Source: Methanosarcinales archaeon
GTDB lineage: Archaea > Halobacteriota > Methanosarcinia > Methanosarcinales > Methanogasteraceae
DNA length: 32,058 nt
NCBI GenBank assembly: GCA_003661105.1
Contig: QMVM01000001.1
Span: 1-32,058 of the forward strand
Direction: 5' to 3'
Shown one piece after another: positions 1 to 7,580 of the stretch. The notes under the pieces were generated by a model, which ran no database searches, was not told the DNA's origin, and saw only the letters and a list, made by a program, of their open reading frames with translations. Positions within the stretch are counted from its first letter, which is position 1. Every line of letters starts with the position of its first letter. The position numbers and the translations under genes were made by a program.

Positions 1-1224
1 AAAATCCCGGTTCCCCTCGATCAGCCCTACCACCTCATCCGTGTCAAGCCCCTCGCAGACGTTATACTCCTCAATCCCGATGATCATGACGATCTTCCCG
101 TCACCTGCGATGCGTCTGACATGGTCGATCGCAGATTCCGCAGACGGTATATTCATGCCCGAGTTCGAGTTATCAACGACCGTCCTGCCATCGATCTCCA
201 CGATCTTCATTCTACCGCTTACTCCGCTGAAACCGTTGAGAAAAGACTCTATACAGTCCGGATCAGTGTTCATCGATATTGCAGCGGAGACCGCGGCAAG
301 AATTGCAGTTCTATACGAGAAGATATCATAGTCCTTGACTATAAACTCGATGCGCCGGTTCATCGCGGTAACGACGGCATGTGAATGGTCGATCTCCTCG
401 AAACGCACGTCCGCCCCAGCCCCTCCGGACCCGCCGTCCCCGAATGTGAGGATCTTTGCAGCCGGGTCAGTGGTTACACCGACATCGCGGTTTAAGATCA
501 GCGTTGATCCGGGTTTTGCACGCTCTACCATCTGCATCTTCGCGCTGGACGATAGTCCGGTCTTGTTTGCAATTAAGTAATCGCCTGCTAGCGTGGTGAT
601 GATGCCGATGTCTGCAAGTCCTGTGCCGCCGAGCGAGACCTCGAAGATGAAGATATCCGGTTCCACCCCCGGCTCGGCTTTGACCGATTCCACCGCCCTG
701 ATGATGCTTGCCGGCGCAATGCTCCACTTTGCGATCGTTCTTGCACTGCTGCCGCCACTACCAGCCCCACCTCCACCTCCACCATCCCAGTACTCAACAC
801 CTGCGCTGGTATGCGAGACGATTTTCTTACCAGAACATTCCGCTAACATTCCTGCAAGCAGCCGTACGGTGCTCGTCTTTGCGGTCGTGCCGGTCACCTC
901 GATTATGTGGTACCGCTCGAGACGCTGTTTTAGTATCTCGTGGACCGCGGCATGGTGCGTGATCACCGGTACCGGCACGTCCGCGGCGCGCGCATCGCGA
1001 AGTGTCCTGTACGCAGAATCGAGATGCACAGGCGCGACGATCAGATCGAAATCGCCGGCATCCGGTGGTTCTGCCATGACCGGGATGCCGGACGATTCGA
1101 GATCGCGGCGCGCTTCGTCGCTGACAGTACCATACACATCGACAGCGATGATCGCATCAGTCTCTGCGAGAGACTGTGCGATCAGATCGCCGCCATGCGT
1201 CAGATCGAGCACCGCGATATCCAT
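1..1224 (-). CDS. cfbE: Coenzyme F430 synthetase-like Mur-ligase family protein (CfbE), C-terminus beyond window edge
   Basis: Absent from the ORF track because it has no stop in the window. My minus-strand translation from ATG 1224-1222 stays open to position 1 (408 codons): MDIAVLDLTHGGDLIAQ...HIIEVTGTTAKTSTVRLLAG... It has a Mur-ligase P-loop (TGTxxKTST). Its start lies 2 nt after the stop of the CbiX/CfbA gene, which suggests an operon. Confidence 0.7.
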   Translation of the reverse strand, partial: MDIAVLDLTHGGDLIAQSLAETDAIIAVDVYGTVSDEARRDLESSGIPVMAEPPDAGDFDLIVAPVHLDSAYRTLRDARAADVPVPVITHHAAVHEILKQRLERYHIIEVTGTTAKTSTVRLLAGMLAECSGKKIVSHTSAGVEYWDGGGGGGAGSGGSSARTIAKWSIAPASIIRAVESVKAEPGVEPDIFIFEVSLGGTGLADIGIITTLAGDYLIANKTGLSSSAKMQMVERAKPGSTLILNRDVGVTTDPAAKILTFGDGGSGGAGADVRFEEIDHSHAVVTAMNRRIEFIVKDYDIFSYRTAILAAVSAAISMNTDPDCIESFLNGFSGVSGRMKIVEIDGRTVVDNSNSGMNIPSAESAIDHVRRIAGDGKIVMIIGIEEYNVCEGLDTDEVVGLIEGNRDF

Positions 1225-1226
1225 AT

Positions 1227-1616
1227 TCAGCGTGAAAGCGCTTCTTCCGCCCTCTTATATGCAAGTTCCGCGATACACGCATCTGCGCCGAGTGGAGCGG
1301 CATAAACGATATCAACCGACTTCCCGTCGATCTCTGTCACCGCTCTCTTATCCTCATTCAGATTCAGTTCTTTCGGGATGTCCTCAAGCGTGTGGACGCC
1401 GTGTGCAAGGAAGATCGGGAGCGCAACGATTCGGTCAACGCCGGTTCCAGCGAAACTTTCCAGCCCCTGCTTAAGTGTCGGTTGGTCCATGTTCAAAAAC
1501 GCTGTCCGTACGACGACATCGCCCTGATCGGCGATCATCCCGGATAGCGTCTCAACGAGTTCCTTGTTATATGGAAGTGTGCTTCCGTGTCCGAGTACCA
1601 GTATACCTGTGTTCAT
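1227..1616 (-). CDS. cfbA: Small CbiX-type sirohydrochlorin chelatase (CfbA, nickel/cobalt chelatase)
   Basis: 129-aa ORF MNTGILVLGHGSTLPYNKE...ALPIFLAHGVHTLEDIP, the typical short archaeal CbiX(S) length with conserved His residues. It is immediately followed by the cfbE-like gene. Confidence 0.85.
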   Translation of the reverse strand: MNTGILVLGHGSTLPYNKELVETLSGMIADQGDVVVRTAFLNMDQPTLKQGLESFAGTGVDRIVALPIFLAHGVHTLEDIPKELNLNEDKRAVTEIDGKSVDIVYAAPLGADACIAELAYKRAEEALSR

Positions 1617-1764
1617 AGATTTGCCTCCTGTGTTACGTAGAATGTTGGATGGTAACTATCATTGTTAAACCCATCGACGCGCGATATGACCTGACCGCTG
1701 CATTTATATACTAGAACGACAGATGTATAGTTGTCATTATCATTATGATAATGAGGTGGTTATC

Positions 1765-2262
1765 ATGGCATGGACAAAAACAGAAAATGTATGGGAAGAT
1801 CTGGATGAGGTGCTCTGCGGCGCAGTGTGCCTCATCTTTGGGTGGGGTTCAGCCACGCTTGGTCACGAATGCTTTCACTTATTGGTTGCACGAACGCTAG
1901 GACTTACAGCAACGCTTGGCGAGGTTACCCTCACCACAGGATCGGTGTTCGTACAGGGGGATATGACATCGATCGAGACGATGCTCGTGGCGGTCGCGGG
2001 CAGTCTCGGGTTGGTCATAGCCGGGGTGCTACTGATCTACTCGTTTGAAAACAAGATGATACGCATGATCGGCGCGGTTTTCCTGTGCAGGGCATGGATC
2101 GATGCCCTTCCGCTCTGCGACCTTGATGGCGGAATCTTTATGCAGTCCGCGTGTACTGCTCTTGGAACTGCGGGATTGCTTGCAGCATGGCTCTTCGTTA
2201 TCCTCGAGATTCTTGTAAGCGGCGGTGCAATCGCACACGTGATCAAGAGTGGGTCTATTTAA
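1765..2262 (+). CDS. Small polytopic membrane protein with S2P/M50-like metalloprotease motifs
   Basis: It has HExxH (GHECFHLL) and a second motif IDALPLCDLDGG that resembles the M50 NxxPxxxLDG motif, plus several hydrophobic helices. I prefer ATG 1765 (MAWTK) because GAGGTG lies 6 nt upstream and a TTTATATA box lies at about 1703-1710. The track ORF starts at 1723. Confidence 0.55.
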   Translation: MAWTKTENVWEDLDEVLCGAVCLIFGWGSATLGHECFHLLVARTLGLTATLGEVTLTTGSVFVQGDMTSIETMLVAVAGSLGLVIAGVLLIYSFENKMIRMIGAVFLCRAWIDALPLCDLDGGIFMQSACTALGTAGLLAAWLFVILEILVSGGAIAHVIKSGSI

Positions 2263-2455
2263 CGCTCCTTTGTGTTATACGTTAGCACAGTGTCGGGTGT
2301 GCCTTCTCCGGCACATCTGGCATCTGTGACGACTTTTTTAGATACTGGTGCTTTTGTTTTTTACCACTCTGACGGATCAATGGAAGAGTGAAGAACGTTT
2401 AATATCAGGGGTTTATAAACGTAATTTGAAATTTCATTTATGGTGGTATGCAAAC

Positions 2456-3373
2456 ATGAAACAATCATTTGCCCGCGGGATTATCCTCCTGATCATTACA
2501 GTCTCTCTCATGCTCACACTCAGTCTCACAGGGTGCATCACAAAGCAGGAGCCGGAGTGGGACGTGACCAACGACGGGTTGTTGAGGTACCGGATGCCCG
2601 CGCTGGATCCGGGTACAGAGCCCGTGCGAGAACTGCTCGAAAAAACGGATAATTACACACTCTGCGAGGTTGTTTACAAGAGCAGAGGGGCAGATATCGA
2701 AGGACTCATCCGGATACCAGAGAATAGTTTCGGAAGACAAGTTCCCGGAATCGTGCTGCTCCCTGGTGCAACCGTGACAAAGGAGGGTGAACAGGGGCTT
2801 GCCAGATACCTCTGCGATATCGGGTATGCAAGCATCGCTATCGACCAGCGCAATCTCGGCGGCATCAACATGGAAGGTGATCTCCGGATGTTTCTAAACG
2901 GAGAGGAGCCCGTGCAGCACAAGATGGTATATGATGCCCTCTCAGCAGCAGAGGTGCTGCGGCGGCAGCCAGAGATCGATCCTGACCGGATTCTATATCT
3001 CGGCGAGAGCAACGGCGGCAGATTTGCGATCGCCGGATGCGCTCTTGACAAGAGAGCGCGGGGTGTTGTTGCGATCAGTACGTGTGGTTACGGGATCGAT
3101 GCGCTGGTTGCTTCAGGGCAAATGATGGACCCTGATGTGGTCCGGTTTTATCGATCGGTTGATCCTGACACGTACCCGGATGAGATCAGCCCGAGAACGT
3201 TTGTGATGATCCATTCTTCAAACGATCCGGTCATCCCATATAGTAGCGCACAGCAGACCTACATAAAAATCGGTGAACCGAAATCGCTGCATGTGATCGA
3301 GGCTGAGGGGCACGGGTACAACGCCGCGATGAATCCTTTTTTGGAGGCGGAACTTGCGAGGATCTTCTCTTAG
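2456..3373 (+). CDS. Secreted or lipid-anchored alpha/beta hydrolase (dienelactone hydrolase / S9-like)
   Basis: From ATG 2456 the protein starts MKQSFARGIILLIITVSLMLTLSLTGC, a signal peptide with a lipobox-like Cys. It has a GESNGG nucleophile elbow, a later SSNDP Asp and an EGHGY His. The track ORF begins further upstream at GTG 2348. Confidence 0.7.
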   Translation: MKQSFARGIILLIITVSLMLTLSLTGCITKQEPEWDVTNDGLLRYRMPALDPGTEPVRELLEKTDNYTLCEVVYKSRGADIEGLIRIPENSFGRQVPGIVLLPGATVTKEGEQGLARYLCDIGYASIAIDQRNLGGINMEGDLRMFLNGEEPVQHKMVYDALSAAEVLRRQPEIDPDRILYLGESNGGRFAIAGCALDKRARGVVAISTCGYGIDALVASGQMMDPDVVRFYRSVDPDTYPDEISPRTFVMIHSSNDPVIPYSSAQQTYIKIGEPKSLHVIEAEGHGYNAAMNPFLEAELARIFS

Positions 3374-3408
3374 TCTTCTCTTAACACCCATATATAGTGA
3401 GAAATCGC

Positions 3409-3495
3409 TCACGCCAGAGCCATCCGGATCGCACCAGCCACGATGCCGCCGATAGCGGTTGATATCATGTTCACGCCGTTATTTGAGAGGATGCC
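3409..3495. repeat. Direct repeat copy A: orphan duplicate of the last ~29 codons of the 5655-7091 gene
   Basis: These 87 bp align with 5655-5741 with 7 mismatches and no gaps. On the minus strand they translate to GILSNNGVNMISTAIGGIVAGAIRMALA*, compared with GILSNNGVNAVSTAIGGIVAGAIWMALA* in the intact gene. Confidence 0.85.
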
Positions 3496-3516
3496 GAAAC
3501 AGTTGCACCATTCTAT

Positions 3517-4578
3517 GTGCAATACATTCCGACATTCATAGATACCTACTCGGAATGGCAGGAAGCAACTGTGAAACAATCCACGGTTTACCACGATCTC
3601 GATTGTGAAAAGTCGGCTTATGTCTTCGACGTAATTGAAAACGGACAGTACGCAGGCTACATCATTGTTTCAGCAACGAGGGATAACTACCCAATTCTTG
3701 AGTTTTCGACAGGTAGAACGACTGACGTAATAACAGAACTCACAACAGGTTCTGACACGCTGGCACAGGAACGTGCCGATGAGAGGAGATTGACCGCTGG
3801 AGAATCAGAACCGCTCTATCTTGGCGCAACGTTCTATTGTGTAGAGTACTCTCTGATTAATGATAGAGGCGAGGTCGTAGATCATGTAGTGGTGGATATG
3901 ACAGTGCCAGCAATCGTTGATCTTGACGCATCACAGGTTGAGGTGCCGATAGGTGAGAATGACTTACTGGAACAAGAGCGGATGAAAAAGCAGGAGGCGA
4001 ATGCACTTTGGGATTCTCTCGAAGAGAAGATGAAAACAACTTCTCCGGAAGGTCCAGCATTGTCACGTGGATTGGGACATATCTCTAACTATCCATAGTA
4101 TCATGGATGCTCTCCAACCGCAGCCGGAATGGTTCTTGGGTACTGGGATAGTCATGGTTATCCGAATTTCCCCATTGGGCCCGACGGAGAAACATTGATA
4201 GGTGAGCTGGCTGATGCGATGGGAACTAATTGGCCAGGAAATGGAGAAACTTGGCCATGGGGCATTGACGATGGTATAGAAGAAGTCTGTGAAAACCACG
4301 GATACAGCAACTTCGATGCAAGCAATGACTACTGGATGACATGGAACGAAGTAAAAGATAAGGTTGATGCAAACAAACCGTTTGTGATGAGCATGCTACA
4401 TGGTGGCACAGGCAGCGGGCAGTCCCAACCGTACGGCGACCACAGTGTTGCCTGTGTTGAATACAGCGATTACGACGAAGATTATGTATTCATACACGAT
4501 ACACGGGACGAAGATGAACATCATTACATGGCGTATGGCAACTGGTGGGCAGCAATGGCAACATGGGTGAGACCTTAA
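3517..4578 (+). pseudogene. C39-like / papain-fold cysteine peptidase domain protein, 5'-truncated and interrupted by an in-frame TAG
   Basis: Track ORFs 3517-4098 and 4129-4578 are in the same frame and are separated only by TAG at 4096-4098. Read-through gives ...GHISNYP*YHGCSPTAAGMVLGYWDSHGYPNF...GDHSVACVEY, with a catalytic Cys motif and a downstream His. The frame opens only at 3487, inside repeat copy A. The first start is GTG 3517 and there is no signal peptide. Confidence 0.6.
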
Positions 4579-4619
4579 TCATCCATTTTTTATTTTTTTA
4601 TAAAATTGATAGGAAAAGA

Positions 4620-5375
4620 ATGTTTAAAAGTAAAATGAGTAAAATAGCTGCGATACTGGCATTGTTTATGGTTGCCGGACTGTGCGTGGGGTTTATTATT
4701 CTTCCTTTTGTTTCTCTCACCGGGTATCCTCCTGCCGATTGCATGCAGGTGTGGTATCTTCCGTCTCCGGATTATGTCAGCGCAGACTTTAATGTGAGTG
4801 CTGTGGAAGCGATCTTAGATGATCTGGCTGCAAACAGAACTTGCATAAATGAGACAATTCTCGCAGAACACATACCATTGGAGGGCGTGGCAGTGAATGA
4901 GACTTTCGCAGGATATTTCTCATTGATCTGCGAGAGGAAGGCGGGGGTATCACCCTCATTCTTCCCGGTGCTTTCGCAGTACTGCGGGTATGCAAACTAC
5001 TCACGAACAGGCTCGGATGACCAATATCTGGCGGGTGAATGGTACTTTGATGGTATCAAAGAGTTCTTACAAGCGGAGAAGGAACTGTGCCGATATTTAG
5101 AAGAACACGGACGAGTTTCAACTGTGGAGTTGAATATAAGCAAAGGATCGAGATATTCACCAAAAAGTTTCGATGCCACCAAATACGAATGTGAAACTAC
5201 ATCAGGATATTTTCTGATCTACAAGAATACATTCGGACGCGAGGGTGATTATTTCATCGTTTACTACGGAACAGTGGGATCGGTTGACCTTTCGAACCAG
5301 ACACCGTTTCTGAAAGCTCTGATAGCAGACCGTTATCCCACTGGATCCGGGATTGTTGGGCATTTAAAGTCGTGA
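4620..5375 (+). CDS. Hypothetical N-terminally membrane-anchored, Cys-rich, probably extracellular protein
   Basis: ATG 4620 gives MFKSKMSKIAAILALFMVAGLCVGFIILPFV (one TM helix). The rest is hydrophilic with 7 N-x-S/T sequons and 8 Cys. I recognise no family. Confidence 0.45.
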   Translation: MFKSKMSKIAAILALFMVAGLCVGFIILPFVSLTGYPPADCMQVWYLPSPDYVSADFNVSAVEAILDDLAANRTCINETILAEHIPLEGVAVNETFAGYFSLICERKAGVSPSFFPVLSQYCGYANYSRTGSDDQYLAGEWYFDGIKEFLQAEKELCRYLEEHGRVSTVELNISKGSRYSPKSFDATKYECETTSGYFLIYKNTFGREGDYFIVYYGTVGSVDLSNQTPFLKALIADRYPTGSGIVGHLKS

Positions 5376-5654
5376 TTCAAAAAGGGAATCAGCCTCGAGG
5401 CATTTTTCATCTCCATCTGAAACCAAGGTTGTTCGGTTTTGACCGGACGATACCGATTGGGTTTATAAACTATGTTTAATTGGCTACTCATGTTTTGGAG
5501 ATCAATCAACTTTCGCATTAAGTGGAACTGTTGACTTGGTGACGTTGAGCTGATATGACGAAACACTTCCCACCAACTCGAAAAAACACCACCCACGTTA
5601 TGCATCATTCTCAAGACCTGGTGTAGCGACTTCACCGGAAAACCGACACCATCG

Positions 5655-5741
5655 TCACGCCAGAGCCATCCAGATCGCGCCGGCCACGATGCCGCCGATA
5701 GCGGTTGAGACCGCGTTCACGCCGTTATTTGAGAGGATGCC
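5655..5741. repeat. Direct repeat copy B (the functional 3' end of the 5655-7091 gene)
   Basis: See copy A: 80 of 87 positions are identical, in the same orientation, 2246 bp apart. Confidence 0.85.
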
Positions 5742-7091
5742 TCGCTGCTGCAGGGTTGCGCCGAGAAGACTGTCGATGTTCGTGCCGAGAAATCCGCTTA
5801 AGGTAACGATCGATATCCCGAGGATGCATGCGGAGTCCGTCCCGATCACGCCAAATAGAAGCGCGAGAAGCGCGATCGCAAGAGACCCAAACAACGCAGC
5901 AGCCTCGCCGAGTGAAGATACGCCCCCATCGACGCCGGGGTCAACTTTTTTTAAGGTGGTGATCATGCGAGGGCTTCCCTCGTACGTAGTCCCGATCTCG
6001 CTTGCAAGTGTGTCACCAGTTGCTGTTGCAACCGAGCCAAGGTACACGTAAAGGATTATGTTCGCTGCCTCCGGAAATATCGGATAGCAGATGCTTGCAG
6101 CGATCGCAACGATGCTGTTGCTGAAGACATTCTTGTACCCCCTCGCGCCTCCTTTTCCTTGCGCAATCCCGAGCGACTGCTTATACTTATATTTGTACTT
6201 TGTAAATCCGCCTCCGAGCAAATAAAATGCCAGGAGAAGCAGGAACCACCAGACATCCGTGAATGCGATGATCAGAACTCCGACAAGGGTTGCGCTGAGC
6301 AGTCCTGATATGTCAGCAATCCCTGCCCTGTATGCCAGATACCCAAGTATCAGTGCGAAAGCAAGCGCAAGCACCATCGATACGTACGAGACTGAATATC
6401 CGAAACTGAAGAAGAGCCACATCGCCATCGCAGAGCCGATCGGAACTGTGATGTTGTCATGAATCCTTGTCGAGATGCATTCGAGAAGCGCGCCTGTTAC
6501 GGCTCCTATGACCGAGATAAAGAAGATCAGCTGGAACGGGACCGAAAATGATGTGGGCTCTGTCCAGTGCAGGATCCAGCATCCGATCAGGAATGAAAAG
6601 ACGGTTCCTGTGAAGAGAAGCGTTAAACTGACCTTGATAGACTCAGGTTTTGTTCTTCCCTCAGAGTACCCGCGTTCGGGGTACTTGATGTTACCGAGTG
6701 CTTCATACCTTGCCTGATTGGCAACACGCAGGATCGTCGCGATGCCGTCGCCGAAGGTGGTGATCGCTATTGCACCTCCGATGATGAAGACCGGAAACTC
6801 GTACTCGGTGAATGTGAGTATCCCTGCGATCAGAAGCAGGAGCAACATGCTCCCACTAAGGAAGATCGCGCCCAAGGGTCTTTTGATGGCTACACCGGAC
6901 CCGCGATACGACAGGATTCCAAAGAGTCCACCTGACCGCGGCAGTAACAGGACAAAGAGAAATAAGAGAAGCGATAGCAATACGAGATACTGCAGAGGCA
7001 GGAACGGAAACGCAAGGACAATCATTCCGATCAGGATATGGATCGTCTGTCTCTTATACTCACGCTTGATGTCTATCTGCATTGCAGTCAC
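5655..7091 (-). CDS. Polytopic membrane protein, DUF92/TMEM19-like with an N-terminal polyprenol (dolichol/phytol) kinase-like region
   Basis: The 478-aa ORF is highly hydrophobic throughout. It has a GDGIA motif in the N-terminal third and a C-terminal half typical of archaeal DUF92 proteins. The family assignment is from memory of the family, not from a search. Confidence 0.55.
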   Translation of the reverse strand: MTAMQIDIKREYKRQTIHILIGMIVLAFPFLPLQYLVLLSLLLFLFVLLLPRSGGLFGILSYRGSGVAIKRPLGAIFLSGSMLLLLLIAGILTFTEYEFPVFIIGGAIAITTFGDGIATILRVANQARYEALGNIKYPERGYSEGRTKPESIKVSLTLLFTGTVFSFLIGCWILHWTEPTSFSVPFQLIFFISVIGAVTGALLECISTRIHDNITVPIGSAMAMWLFFSFGYSVSYVSMVLALAFALILGYLAYRAGIADISGLLSATLVGVLIIAFTDVWWFLLLLAFYLLGGGFTKYKYKYKQSLGIAQGKGGARGYKNVFSNSIVAIAASICYPIFPEAANIILYVYLGSVATATGDTLASEIGTTYEGSPRMITTLKKVDPGVDGGVSSLGEAAALFGSLAIALLALLFGVIGTDSACILGISIVTLSGFLGTNIDSLLGATLQQRGILSNNGVNAVSTAIGGIVAGAIWMALA

Positions 7092-7181
7092 CTGTTGGGT
7101 GTGTTCTGTTGTACTTGCTCAATTAAGTTGTGGTCACTCTTCCACCCTGGGATCGTGGATTTCTTTCACATTTGCAAAGGA

Positions 7182-7383
7182 TCATCTGTAGATTCCAGTG
7201 CTTTCCATTGCCACCGATGGGGCGTCGTTCTCTTTAAGCCAGTTTCGCAATTCAAGCAGTCCATTGTGATCTGTTGAGAATCTCTTGATTATCGGCTCTT
7301 CCACGCCACTGATCATGATTGCAGCGAAGACATAAGAGTTTGTGGACGTCGATGCCACAAACTTTATTTATCTTTTGATCCAT
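7182..7383 (-). pseudogene. IS110-family (DEDD) transposase, N-terminal stub, frameshifted and truncated
   Basis: The minus strand from ATG 7383 reads MDQKINKVCGIDVHK. After a 1-nt frame change near 7335-7340 it continues SYVFAAIMISGVEEPIIKRFSTDHNGLLELRNWLKENDAPSVAMESTGIYR*. GIDVxK and AMESTGIY are the signature N-terminal motifs of IS110 transposases. Similarity stops at about 7190. It is too short for the ORF track. Confidence 0.7.
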
Positions 7384-7580
7384 TATGATACCTCTGGTAA
7401 TCGCTTGAAAGCCCGCTATCCGATGAAATTCAAAATTTCAGCTTGGCACTCGTGGTTTAGACCACAACAGCATTAATCTGTGGCTAAAACAGTATTTTTA
7501 GATTGACGATTCCCCATTATGGCAGTTGTGGTTGCATAAGACAATCCGACGTTCCCAGAAACTAATAAAAAGACTCTTCA

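Noticed and set aside
593-1474. 293-aa plus-strand ORF, the longest track ORF at the left edge
   Set aside because: Its composition is low-complexity and rich in Ser, Ala, Pro and Arg, with no motifs. It lies antisense to the well-supported cfbE/cfbA frames, so it is a shadow ORF. The real gene, on the minus strand, is missing from the track only because it has no stop in the window.
3409-3594. 61-aa minus-strand ORF
   Set aside because: It is not a gene. Its last 29 codons are the duplicated tail of the 5655-7091 gene (repeat copy A), read through from unrelated sequence.
4096-4098. Interpreting the in-frame TAG codons as evidence that the organism decodes amber as pyrrolysine
   Set aside because: This is not supported by the window. 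TAG terminates several ordinary genes here, both interrupted genes sit in decayed mobile DNA, and no pyl genes are visible. I kept it only as a hypothesis to exclude.
5333-5635. 100-aa minus-strand ORF in the noncoding tail of the islet, considered as a possible integrase remnant
   Set aside because: The sequence has no integrase or recombinase motifs (no R..HxxR..Y pattern), overlaps the end of the 4620-5375 gene, and has an odd composition.
7038-7277. 79-aa plus-strand ORF between the DUF92-like gene and pyk
   Set aside because: It overlaps the 5' end of the DUF92-like gene and is antisense to the IS110 transposase stub, whose conserved motifs explain this DNA better.
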